Below the pieces are notes generated by a model. The model saw nothing but the letters and a program-made list of their open reading frames with translations, was not told the DNA's origin and searched no databases. The position numbers and the translations under genes are program-made. Positions 55,722 to 64,000 of a DNA stretch of 64,000 nt are shown piece by piece (position 1 is the first letter of the stretch; the number at the start of each line of letters is the position of its first letter). The stretch lies in the sequence record OQ411014.1; one strand, written 5' to 3'. The DNA comes from Escherichia phage EJP2.

Positions 55722-56968
55722 TGTCAAAAAATATGCTCGAAAATATCATCGTAAAACACTACGCTGGTAGTATCGCTTATGGTACAAATACTCCCTTATC
55801 AGATGTTGATTTCCGTGGAATCTTTATGGCTCCAAAGGAATTCATCTTGTCTCCGTTCGTAAACGTAGGGGAAGCATCTGATTCAAAAGAAGAAGATACT
55901 AAATTCTACGAACTCAATAAGTTCATGAAACTAAATGTCGATGCGAACCCGAATATCCTCGAAACACTATGGGTCGATGATGAACACATCGTTGAAAGTA
56001 CTGAAATGTACCAACATCTTCGCAAGCACAGAAGTGAACTACTAAGTAATAAGATTGCATTTACTTATACTGGATTCGCATATAACCAAGTTCACCGCAT
56101 GAGCAACCATAATGGCTGGATGGATAAAGAGAGAATTGCTGAACGCAGACTCAATGAAATCATCGAAAAACATCCTTGTATTGAAGTGAAAGAGTGGATG
56201 TACGAATATTTCCCTCATTATGTCATTGACCGGATTGACTTCTCTAATGTAAAAGGTTATAGTGATGATGTTGATTTGGACTTGGATAAGTTCTTGCGTG
56301 ATAGTTCTCTGCAACTGATCAGTACTAAATCCTTAGCACAGCATCACTTCGTGCGTTTAGTACATAATTACTTACCACAGAAAGTACTTGACCGTGATTT
56401 CAACTTAGCTCATTTCAATACGAATCATGAACTAATTCACTACGGTGATAATATCTTTGCAGTAGTTCCAACTCAGGGGAAATCGAAAGTACTTTCAGTA
56501 CATAACGATTTAGTTTGGGATTCAAAGAAAGAACGTACTCCTGAAGAACTAAAAGTACTTCCATCTTTGATTGTGAAATTCAATCGCAAAGAATATGAAG
56601 AACTGAATGATAAACGCAAGCACTATCACAAGTGGAAAGAGAACCGTAACAGTATTCGTGCTGAACTGGAGTCAAAGAATGGCTTCGATACTAAGCACGC
56701 AATGCACGTGGTTCGTTTATTACGTACAGCAAAAGAAGCACTGTTGACTGGTGTCATCAACGTCAAACGTCCTGATGCGGAAGAATTACTTGCAATCCGT
56801 AATGGTGCTTGGACATATGAAGAAATGATGAAGTACTTTGAATCTGAATCTAAATTAGTAATGAACTTAGGTAAAACATCAAAAGTACTTCCATCGTCCC
56901 CAAACCGTAAACTAGCAACTCAATTAGTACTAGACTTACGTGAGATGCATTGGAAACAAGGAAAATAA
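55721..56968 (+). CDS. Pol-beta-superfamily nucleotidyltransferase
   Basis: N-terminal YAGSIAYGTNTPLSDVDFRGIF (GS...SDxD motif); 415 aa. Confidence 0.55.
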   Translation: MSKNMLENIIVKHYAGSIAYGTNTPLSDVDFRGIFMAPKEFILSPFVNVGEASDSKEEDTKFYELNKFMKLNVDANPNILETLWVDDEHIVESTEMYQHLRKHRSELLSNKIAFTYTGFAYNQVHRMSNHNGWMDKERIAERRLNEIIEKHPCIEVKEWMYEYFPHYVIDRIDFSNVKGYSDDVDLDLDKFLRDSSLQLISTKSLAQHHFVRLVHNYLPQKVLDRDFNLAHFNTNHELIHYGDNIFAVVPTQGKSKVLSVHNDLVWDSKKERTPEELKVLPSLIVKFNRKEYEELNDKRKHYHKWKENRNSIRAELESKNGFDTKHAMHVVRLLRTAKEALLTGVINVKRPDAEELLAIRNGAWTYEEMMKYFESESKLVMNLGKTSKVLPSSPNRKLATQLVLDLREMHWKQGK

Positions 56969-56969
56969 T

Positions 56970-57122
56970 ATGCCTGAACTACAGAAACATATTGACGCTA
57001 TCATTGAACTTTACTTCAACGAAAAAGATACAGTAAAGCGTTATGAAATTGCAGCAGAAGTACAACATGCACTAGATGAAGCACGTCAAGCTACTGTTCA
57101 TAAAATCACTAAAGGCAAATAA
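56970..57122 (+). CDS. hypothetical small protein
   Basis: ATG at 56970 after RBS AAGGAA; 50 aa. Confidence 0.4.
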   Translation: MPELQKHIDAIIELYFNEKDTVKRYEIAAEVQHALDEARQATVHKITKGK

Positions 57123-57129
57123 CGAAAAA

Positions 57130-57154
57130 GGCCCAGATTATTCTGGGCTTTTTT
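57130..57154 (+). terminator. intrinsic terminator
   Basis: GGCCCAGA-TTAT-TCTGGGCT followed by a T6 run. Confidence 0.65.
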
Positions 57155-57198
57155 ATGTGCTAAATATTTGTACATTCATCATCAACACGGAGGTACAT

Positions 57199-57555
57199 AT
57201 GGGTGTATTCACGAAGTACTGGAAACTTGCTTCAGTACTTATTCTGTTACTAGGCTCATTCTATTCAGGGTGGTACGTAAAGACTCTAAAGGATGGTTAT
57301 GAACAGAATATTGTTAAAGAAGTAAAACAAGAAGTACAGGGTGCATTAAAGGAAGTAAAAGAACAGAACTACCAAAACTACTTAAACACGAAAGAGTATT
57401 TGGATTCTAAACAAATCAATGTAATCAAAGAAAAGATTCCAGTTATCATTGAGAAAGAAAAAGAGATATACTTCCAGTACTGTTTAGAAGAGGAAGGAGT
57501 AGAGGCTCTACGTATTCTACGTGAGAACTCAAGAATTGCGAGAGGTATGAAATGA
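57199..57555 (+). CDS. i-spanin (Rz-like), candidate
   Basis: start set at the ATG after RBS GGAGG; N-terminal transmembrane helix then a charged coiled-coil-like region; overlaps the lipoprotein gene. Confidence 0.5.
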   Translation: MGVFTKYWKLASVLILLLGSFYSGWYVKTLKDGYEQNIVKEVKQEVQGALKEVKEQNYQNYLNTKEYLDSKQINVIKEKIPVIIEKEKEIYFQYCLEEEGVEALRILRENSRIARGMK

Positions 57556-57875
57556 AAAAGTTAATCCTTAGTATTGTATTCGCTTGTACAGTACTTCTAT
57601 GTGGTTGTGCACCAAAAGCATTAGTAACAATGGAAGCACCTATACTGGAGACTGATTCTAAGTTCCTGGAGCGTTGTACTGCTGATACACCAGTACCGGA
57701 AAATCCTTACATTGATAAAGACGGGAAGAAGCTATACAATGGTATTTCCAGCATGGAAGCCTTTCAAAAATGGCAAACAGTATATGATGATTGTGCACTC
57801 AAACATGATGCACTAATAAATGTTATACTAGAATTGCAAAAAAATCGTACAGTACTATTGAAGAAAGAACATTGA
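57552..57875 (+). CDS. o-spanin (Rz1-like outer-membrane lipoprotein), candidate
   Basis: signal peptide with lipobox (VLLCGC); ATGA overlap with the preceding gene. Confidence 0.5.
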   Translation: MKKLILSIVFACTVLLCGCAPKALVTMEAPILETDSKFLERCTADTPVPENPYIDKDGKKLYNGISSMEAFQKWQTVYDDCALKHDALINVILELQKNRTVLLKKEH

Positions 57876-57927
57876 TGTATTATACTCAGGGGGTCCAATA
57901 TCGGATTCCCTTTTTTATGGAGCAAAT

Positions 57928-58293
57928 ATGACAACTAAAATTTTCCCTCAGAGTCTTATGAAGGATCTATCTTACGGTTACGGTACTACTAAGGTCATGG
58001 GTGATTATAATGAAAAGACTGATTCCTTCGCACCGGATATCGAATATGAAGTCTTACACAATGAACAGTGTAATACTACTCGTTGGAACAGTGTTCATGA
58101 TTTAGTTTTTCTTGACAAGAGTACTGGGAAAACGTATCATACACAGTATGAAGTTGGTCTTACCGAATCGCAGTATTTGAGTGCATTTGACTATGATAAA
58201 GAAGGTGTCGAATGTACTGAAGTACAAACGTGGGAAGAGCAAGTTACCTATACAGTGTTAAAATGGCGGGATAAAAATGATTCAAGATATTGA
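57928..58293 (+). CDS. hypothetical protein
   Basis: 121-aa ORF. Confidence 0.5.
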   Translation: MTTKIFPQSLMKDLSYGYGTTKVMGDYNEKTDSFAPDIEYEVLHNEQCNTTRWNSVHDLVFLDKSTGKTYHTQYEVGLTESQYLSAFDYDKEGVECTEVQTWEEQVTYTVLKWRDKNDSRY

Positions 58294-58666
58294 TTTTTCT
58301 AATTTGGAATACGTCAGTGCAGTCAAAAATATCAGTACTGAAGATGATATCAAATACGTTACTACTACGATTACGTTCTTGCGTAAAGAAGATAGTATTG
58401 CTCATCTAACTGGACTTGAGAAGACTTTCGCTGAACTCAAATTACAAGAAGAATCAAAGTACATCAAACTTGCTTCGGTGTACACTACGGTTGAAGATGT
58501 TATCCAGAAAGATGAGCCAATTAAGGTGATTTTTTCTGGGATAAATAAAAAGTACCGGCAGGTTACTCGTTCTGAAACGGATGAGAACATGCACATTATT
58601 CTGAATGACATTCAGTTCGTAGATATGGTTTTTGACCGTTCTGAAAATAAACATGTTTACATGTAG
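58277..58666 (+). CDS. hypothetical protein
   Basis: 129-aa ORF. Confidence 0.5.
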   Translation: MIQDIDFSNLEYVSAVKNISTEDDIKYVTTTITFLRKEDSIAHLTGLEKTFAELKLQEESKYIKLASVYTTVEDVIQKDEPIKVIFSGINKKYRQVTRSETDENMHIILNDIQFVDMVFDRSENKHVYM

Positions 58667-58671
58667 TATTT

Positions 58672-58701
58672 TTGAGATGAATGAAAATTTTGTGATATAA
58701 T
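58672..58701 (+). promoter_or_regulatory. sigma70-type promoter with extended -10 (TGTGATATAAT)
   Basis: TTGAGA 58672-58677 and TATAAT 58696-58701; near-identical to the promoter at 4738-4767. Confidence 0.55.
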
Positions 58702-58707
58702 GTATAG

Positions 58708-59235
58708 TACGGATAACACCTATGTTGAATGTCTTTGATAAACAGAACCTGATCCACTCGAAAATGTAGAGGGCAGATGAGTAGAACATTCACTACGAAG
58801 TGCAAATGAAACCCGTCAGTAATAAAGCGTAAGTGCGGTCATACAAACGAGACGTAAGACACACGCGACACGGCAAAGCGGCACTATAAAAGCGATAAGA
58901 AAACATATTCGCTCTTGATAGACTTATGAGGCATACTCACCCAGTTGAAAGGGAGTCTCTTTACGGAGAGACAGCAGTATTTGTTGCTGAATTAGCAAGT
59001 ACTGTAAGCGTGTGAGGAACACGACCGTTGTATGCAGACTGTAGTAGCTGGAAACAGGACAACCCGCCAGCGTTGCTACTTTTATTTGTACGGGAAAGAT
59101 CCGTCCAAAAAGTAGTGAATCTACAAATTCAGATTGGTAAGACTACCAGCGTCAGGATATTCCTGATTTTTTTTCGGCCCTCCCTTGTGGGGGGATGGAA
59201 TTGGATCAACAAACCTCGTCAAGTATAATATGAAT
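58708..59235 (+). ncRNA. candidate structured noncoding RNA, copy B (unknown class)
   Basis: 688-nt intergenic gap with promoter; shares sequence blocks with locus A and the covarying stem GCUGG/CCAGC at 59047-59071; the only ORF (59028-59228) starts with TTG and its frame is not conserved in copy A. Confidence 0.45.
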
Positions 59236-59354
59236 AGTATTAGTACTTAATAATTCAAATGAATTGAGAGATATGAGATGAGCGATAGCGAAATCGAATA
59301 TGTCTCAATTCTTGGCTTACGCAGTAAGCCAACGAAACATTACAGGAGCTTATC

Positions 59355-59765
59355 ATGAGTCAGTTAGAACCAATTGTAGGATCTTATAATATTTTCTTCA
59401 AAGATACCAATGTAACACCAAGCAGTTCATATAACCAAAATACACGTGTAAGTACTTACACAATTGAGCATTTAAGTACTGGCAAGAATTTCAGTACTGA
59501 ATACGGGAAGTACGTCCAGAAGAACTCCGATTGTTTTCAGCTATTTCGTAACTCCCCACGTCAAGATATTTTACTAATCACAAACGAAGTGGAGTTCCGT
59601 CAAAGATCTCTTGATTTCCCTAATGCAGTTCATTATACTATTAGTGATATCGACTTCATCAAAGTACTTGTTCATTACGACGAAGTATCAAAGGTAAGTA
59701 CTTTTGAGGATTTGTCTTTTGATGAAGTAATTGCACTCAAGGATAAACTATATGAAAGCAAGTGA
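59355..59765 (+). CDS. hypothetical protein
   Basis: 136-aa ORF with RBS AGGAG. Confidence 0.55.
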   Translation: MSQLEPIVGSYNIFFKDTNVTPSSSYNQNTRVSTYTIEHLSTGKNFSTEYGKYVQKNSDCFQLFRNSPRQDILLITNEVEFRQRSLDFPNAVHYTISDIDFIKVLVHYDEVSKVSTFEDLSFDEVIALKDKLYESK

Positions 59766-60291
59766 ACTAGCTGCGATTCTACTCAAGAATCCAGATATGG
59801 AAGTATATACGGAGAATCATCATTATGACAGTTATGATAATGACTCTTATTTCACTACAGAAAAAGTAGATTCAGTAGTACTGTCACCTGATGGTCTTTT
59901 CTTGAATTTCAAAACTATTGACACGGATACTGCACTGAAGACTCCAATGAGTAAACCGAAGTTGCATACGTTCCGTATAAAACTAAAAGATGGTGAGTAC
60001 TTTAGGATTCCAGAGAGTTACCACACTCTCAGTACTTTGATTGATTTCGAAGTTGAAGGTCATATGGTATTTTATGTGTCATGGCATGATGACTGGTGGA
60101 TTTTAGCACCTGAAGATACAGAAGATGAGTTCGTAAAAGAAAAAATATCTTATTCTTCATCTACACATTACACTCCAGATGATGTAGAATGTGTTCAGAT
60201 AATTACTGCACTAGATGATAAGTGGGAACCAATCTACACTGACTTCACTTTGCAAGATGCCATTGAATTTGCCAATAGGAATACTAAATGA
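59752..60291 (+). CDS. hypothetical protein, paralog of the 60288-60782 gene
   Basis: start set to MKASELAAILLKNPDMEVY, which parallels MKAKDLIDLLKNDPEQELY of the next gene. Confidence 0.5.
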   Translation: MKASELAAILLKNPDMEVYTENHHYDSYDNDSYFTTEKVDSVVLSPDGLFLNFKTIDTDTALKTPMSKPKLHTFRIKLKDGEYFRIPESYHTLSTLIDFEVEGHMVFYVSWHDDWWILAPEDTEDEFVKEKISYSSSTHYTPDDVECVQIITALDDKWEPIYTDFTLQDAIEFANRNTK

Positions 60292-60782
60292 AAGCTAAAG
60301 ACCTAATCGATTTACTAAAAAATGATCCAGAACAAGAACTATACGTGCAGCTTTCCCGAACAACTTCATGGGATGAAGATTACTGTACTGCTCATGTAGT
60401 GACTGATATTGAGATGACTCCATCTGGTATTTTCATTGAGTATGACTATCATAGTGCTAAGTCTGTAAAGATGCCAGCAGATGCACCATATGTCGGAGCT
60501 TTCCGTATCTTCCTGAAAAATGGTGAAGAATTCATTCCTAATGAAGTAGAAGATTTCTGGCCTAGTATTTTTGATTTTGGTTACTACGCATCATACAAAA
60601 CTGACAACGAATGTGTTGTACTGGAGTATAGTGAAGAATGTCAATACAATCCTGATAAAGTTGTCAGTACTGTAGATGATGTAGATCGTGTTGAAGTTGT
60701 AACTAGCGTTCAAGGATGGAAAACAGAATGGACATCTATGACGTTCCAGGAAGCATTCGAGTTTATGACGAATCTAGAGTAA
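60288..60782 (+). CDS. hypothetical protein, paralog of the 59752-60291 gene
   Basis: N- and C-termini align with the upstream gene; ATGA overlap. Confidence 0.5.
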   Translation: MKAKDLIDLLKNDPEQELYVQLSRTTSWDEDYCTAHVVTDIEMTPSGIFIEYDYHSAKSVKMPADAPYVGAFRIFLKNGEEFIPNEVEDFWPSIFDFGYYASYKTDNECVVLEYSEECQYNPDKVVSTVDDVDRVEVVTSVQGWKTEWTSMTFQEAFEFMTNLE

Positions 60783-61144
60783 ATCCGTTCGTACTAGAAG
60801 ATATGCTGTGTAAGTACTTTGAATTCAACATGTACAATAAAGAAAAATTGGCCCCTTGGGACGAAAGATGTTTGTTCGAAATATTGAGGCATAATTTTGA
60901 AGATGAACGCAGTCTATATGATACAGTACTGAAGTTAGTTGATATACTTAGTTCTACATTTGACGAACAGGTATTTGTGGCTTCATACCCAAGTAATTAT
61001 AGTGCTGTAGTTCATCCAAATGTTGTTTACCTTGATGAATTTGCATTCGGAAGAACATATCCAGAATGCAAAATTATCATTGCGTTCAACTATATGAATG
61101 TTGATGTTTCTTATAATGGTGTCCTTAGATATATAGTAAGATGA
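60716..61144 (+). CDS. hypothetical protein (start uncertain)
   Basis: track ORF overlaps the upstream gene by 67 nt; the true start is probably internal. Confidence 0.4.
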   Translation: MENRMDIYDVPGSIRVYDESRVNPFVLEDMLCKYFEFNMYNKEKLAPWDERCLFEILRHNFEDERSLYDTVLKLVDILSSTFDEQVFVASYPSNYSAVVHPNVVYLDEFAFGRTYPECKIIIAFNYMNVDVSYNGVLRYIVR

Positions 61145-61178
61145 TAAATATTCTATATCATTATATGAGGATTATTTT

Positions 61179-61625
61179 ATGAGCGATTTTGATGCAGCAG
61201 TAGATATGCGTAACATACTGGATTACATGGATGATACAGTACAAGAGAACGGTTCTTCTGAACTACTTGAGTTCGTTGAGGATTGTATCTTTTTGGAATC
61301 ATTGAGTCACCACTGGCACTTACAGTGTAAGATTTATTCCAAACATATGGAACTCGATGAACTATACAAAGAAATTGGTGAATACGTTGATTCCTTCATT
61401 GAAGGACTAATGAGTACTCGTGGTGTTCTACCTATGGTATCGGAGAAGCAATACTTCTTCGTAGGATTAGATCAATGTATTCCAGTACTGGAACAGTACG
61501 TACAACAAGCTAAAGTCATCCATGAGATGTTAGCTGCTGAAGATGATTTCGGTTCAGTGAATAGTATTGAAGACATTATTAGTTTTCTAGAACGTACTCT
61601 TTACAAACTGAAGTGTCTAGACTAA
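61179..61625 (+). CDS. hypothetical protein
   Basis: 148-aa ORF. Confidence 0.5.
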   Translation: MSDFDAAVDMRNILDYMDDTVQENGSSELLEFVEDCIFLESLSHHWHLQCKIYSKHMELDELYKEIGEYVDSFIEGLMSTRGVLPMVSEKQYFFVGLDQCIPVLEQYVQQAKVIHEMLAAEDDFGSVNSIEDIISFLERTLYKLKCLD

Positions 61626-61633
61626 AATACAAA

Positions 61634-61655
61634 GGACGCACAATGCGTCCTTTTT
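61634..61655 (+). terminator. intrinsic terminator
   Basis: GGACGCA-CAA-TGCGTCC followed by a T5 run. Confidence 0.65.
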
Positions 61656-61672
61656 CTATATGAGGATTTTAT

Positions 61673-62020
61673 ATGAGTGAAACACGTGTAATCTATGGCT
61701 TGATTGCAGAACTAAATTCACCTGTTGATTACGATGAAGAGATTGACCGCATCTCTGACAGTACTCTAAGTCTGAACTACAATGGTACATTAGTGTATAT
61801 GGTTCAAGAAGAACTAGAGTCATATGAATTTGGTTTGCTAATTTCTACTAAGCAATATGGCGATAAAGACAAGTTCCTTGCACTATGCAAAGAAGCAAAT
61901 CTTGATGTCAATCCTGACAGTACTGACATTTTCTGCGTACAATGGTATGACGGGGTAGATTGTCCTTTGGATTGTACCAGCATTGAAGAATATAGAGCGT
62001 ATCGTACCGGTGCTAAATAG
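61673..62020 (+). CDS. hypothetical protein
   Basis: 115-aa ORF with RBS GAGGA. Confidence 0.5.
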   Translation: MSETRVIYGLIAELNSPVDYDEEIDRISDSTLSLNYNGTLVYMVQEELESYEFGLLISTKQYGDKDKFLALCKEANLDVNPDSTDIFCVQWYDGVDCPLDCTSIEEYRAYRTGAK

Positions 62021-62056
62021 TATTATATCAATACTACTCTATAAGGAGATAATAAA

Positions 62057-62281
62057 ATGCAAGCTAACGATTTGTCTGGTAAAATTGTCACTGAAGGTGA
62101 CGTAGTAGCTTATGGACATGACAATGGAAGTACTTTAGAACTAGGTAAAGTATATAAGATTACGCCTAAGAAAGTTTGGATGTATCCTATTCAGGATGGT
62201 GTAGTACAGTTCCTGTGCAAACAGTGCCGTGATTGGAGGCGAGTGGTAAAGGTTGAGAATTTCTATAATCGAGATAAATGA
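62057..62281 (+). CDS. hypothetical small protein
   Basis: 74 aa with RBS AAGGAG. Confidence 0.5.
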   Translation: MQANDLSGKIVTEGDVVAYGHDNGSTLELGKVYKITPKKVWMYPIQDGVVQFLCKQCRDWRRVVKVENFYNRDK

Positions 62282-62516
62282 GATTTATGAAGAATACCGA
62301 GACGTGTGGCGTAATGCTGATTACAGTATAGTACGCCGCAAACGTCTACTGGAATTATTTGATAAGGGTCTTGTAATTGTGGTGAACACGAAGCATTGTC
62401 CACAACTAAAACAGGATGCGGATTTGAAAAAGTTGCTCAAGGATGGTAAACTAGAACAGTTCAATATCAGAGAGAGTAAGAATTTCAAGAGGACATATCT
62501 AAGAAGGAAGCCATGA
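62253..62516 (+). CDS. hypothetical small protein
   Basis: 87-aa ORF. Confidence 0.4.
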   Translation: MRISIIEINEIYEEYRDVWRNADYSIVRRKRLLELFDKGLVIVVNTKHCPQLKQDADLKKLLKDGKLEQFNIRESKNFKRTYLRRKP

Positions 62517-62517
62517 T

Positions 62518-63072
62518 ATGGCAAAACTACAATTTACATATGCAGCAATGAATTGCGGTAAAAGTACTGCACTATTACAAACAGCTTATAACCTAAGTAA
62601 TATTGGAAAGAAAGTACAATACTACACATCAGCACTTGATGACCGATATGGTTATGGTAAAATTACTTCCAGAATTGGTCTGTCCGAAGAAGCTATGGTC
62701 ATTCCTAAAGATGACTTTTCAGTACTGAATGATATCATTACTGATTACAATGAAGGTACTGAACCTTTTGCAATTTTCGTTGATGAATGTCAGTTCTTGA
62801 ATACAAATCAGATTGACAAATTGGCGTATATCGCTGATAATTGCAATGTAGCCGTATATTGTTATGGACTCAGGACTGATTACAGTGGTGTACTCTTTGA
62901 GGGTTCTAAACGTCTCTTTGAGTTAGCTGATGACTTACATGAGCTAAGTAACAACTGTCAATGTGGTGCTAAGGCTACGATGACAAAGCGACTAAATGAC
63001 AGTACTGAACAAGTACTGATTGGTGATAATGACATGTATCAATGCGTATGCAGAGCGTGTCACAAGAAATAA
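62518..63072 (+). CDS. tk: thymidine kinase
   Basis: P-loop MNCGKST and C-terminal zinc-binding cysteines (CQCGAKAT...CVCRAC). Confidence 0.8.
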   Translation: MAKLQFTYAAMNCGKSTALLQTAYNLSNIGKKVQYYTSALDDRYGYGKITSRIGLSEEAMVIPKDDFSVLNDIITDYNEGTEPFAIFVDECQFLNTNQIDKLAYIADNCNVAVYCYGLRTDYSGVLFEGSKRLFELADDLHELSNNCQCGAKATMTKRLNDSTEQVLIGDNDMYQCVCRACHKK

Positions 63073-63081
63073 GGACAACAT

Positions 63082-63330
63082 ATGATTAGTTACAAAGACA
63101 TTATCTTTGCAGTACTGAAGCGTTTCAAAAATGAAGTACTTGATGAGTTTGATGACCGTACTCTGTTCAAACTATTAGCGTACTGTACTGCTGCATTTGT
63201 AGTATTCTCTTTTGTACCAGGGTGGGCTATTGTTGTTGCACTTCTGATTGGTTGGGTTACTTACATCGTTGACCGTTCACAAGACGCAAAGACTTGGGCT
63301 GAACATGAAAAAGATGTTGACGAAGAATAA
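63082..63330 (+). CDS. small membrane protein
   Basis: 82 aa with a central hydrophobic helix. Confidence 0.5.
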   Translation: MISYKDIIFAVLKRFKNEVLDEFDDRTLFKLLAYCTAAFVVFSFVPGWAIVVALLIGWVTYIVDRSQDAKTWAEHEKDVDEE

Positions 63331-63350
63331 AAAATAACATACACTTAAAA

Positions 63351-63376
63351 GGTGCTACAGATGTAGTGCCTTTTTT
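63351..63376 (+). terminator. intrinsic terminator
   Basis: GGTGCTA...TAGTGCC stem (two G-U pairs) followed by a T6 run. Confidence 0.55.
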
Positions 63377-63390
63377 CTTAGGAGAGTACT

Positions 63391-63870
63391 ATGTGGTTAT
63401 TTCTATTTTGTTTGATAATGGCATTTGCAACAGTGCAATTGTTCTTTGAGATGGTACATTCTGGTGTATTCGGAGATAGATTGTACTTCAAGGTGAAGTT
63501 TATTGGATTTGATGTAAACACTGAGCGTTCACAGGTGATCCGTACATTAATAATGATGTATCATTCTGGTAAGTACAAAATTGAACTGAACAAGCAGACA
63601 TTATATTTCATCCAAGAAGGCGAGAACAGTACTGAATACATTGTGGAGTGCTTACATGTAAGTGATGTGAATTCATATAAGTACGGACGTTTTGCTGGTA
63701 TTACTAGTACTACAATGGATAACCGAGGCATAATTGATTTCGACACTCGGATGATGTTGTATGATATTGTTGCTGAAGCAAAAGAGCCTGAACCACCAGC
63801 AGATGTTCCAACTTACCAGTACTCAAACTTGAAAGGTTTCTTTGCCCCTAAACAGGATATCGAATTATGA
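63391..63870 (+). CDS. hypothetical protein with N-terminal hydrophobic segment
   Basis: 159-aa ORF with RBS GGAGAG. Confidence 0.5.
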   Translation: MWLFLFCLIMAFATVQLFFEMVHSGVFGDRLYFKVKFIGFDVNTERSQVIRTLIMMYHSGKYKIELNKQTLYFIQEGENSTEYIVECLHVSDVNSYKYGRFAGITSTTMDNRGIIDFDTRMMLYDIVAEAKEPEPPADVPTYQYSNLKGFFAPKQDIEL

Positions 63871-64000
63871 TTATTGAATATGTAATTGCAATGTGTACTG
63901 CGAGTGCTGTAGCACCGTTGGGTTCTTATATTCTGTACCAGAATCGTGAAGTTATTTCGCGTAAACTGGGTAAACTCTTCGGTACTAAAAAGCTGATTGA

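Noticed and set aside
59028-59228. 66-aa plus-strand ORF (TTG start) inside noncoding locus B
   Set aside because: It starts with TTG and has no RBS, and the corresponding region in locus A does not maintain the frame.
1-64000. CRISPR arrays, integrase, transposase or other mobile elements
   Set aside because: No regularly spaced direct repeats and no integrase- or transposase-like ORF were seen; the only repeats are the two noncoding loci and the paralogous gene families.

Overview
This window is a densely packed, almost entirely plus-strand segment of a large virulent dsDNA phage. It looks like a T4-type (Straboviridae-like) early/middle region, because RNA ligase 1, polynucleotide kinase-phosphatase, anaerobic RNR NrdD/NrdG, thymidine kinase, dCMP deaminase and ATP-dependent DNA ligase are all recognisable. 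A separated i-spanin/o-spanin pair argues for a Gram-negative host. There are many near-consensus sigma70-type promoters (TTGACA-N17/18-TGnTATAAT) and intrinsic terminators. Accessory content is rich: a NAMPT plus NMNAT-Nudix NAD+ salvage pair, a cluster of HslV-like, 2H-phosphoesterase, Sir2 and Nudix genes, ClpP, GroES, PIN-PhoH, and three fibre-like paralogs. No tRNA, rRNA, CRISPR, integrase or transposase was recognised. The four most unusual signals are: (1) two paralogous ~0.5 kb promoter-driven noncoding loci with a compensatory base-pair change, suggesting a structured RNA; (2) a tandem array of at least ten diverged paralogous genes of unknown function; (3) an apparently strong, frame-independent over-representation of the palindrome AGTACT (often CAGTACTG); (4) a small minus-strand island bounded by bidirectional terminators. 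All calls come from reading the sequence and ORF translations by eye; no database search or computation was run.
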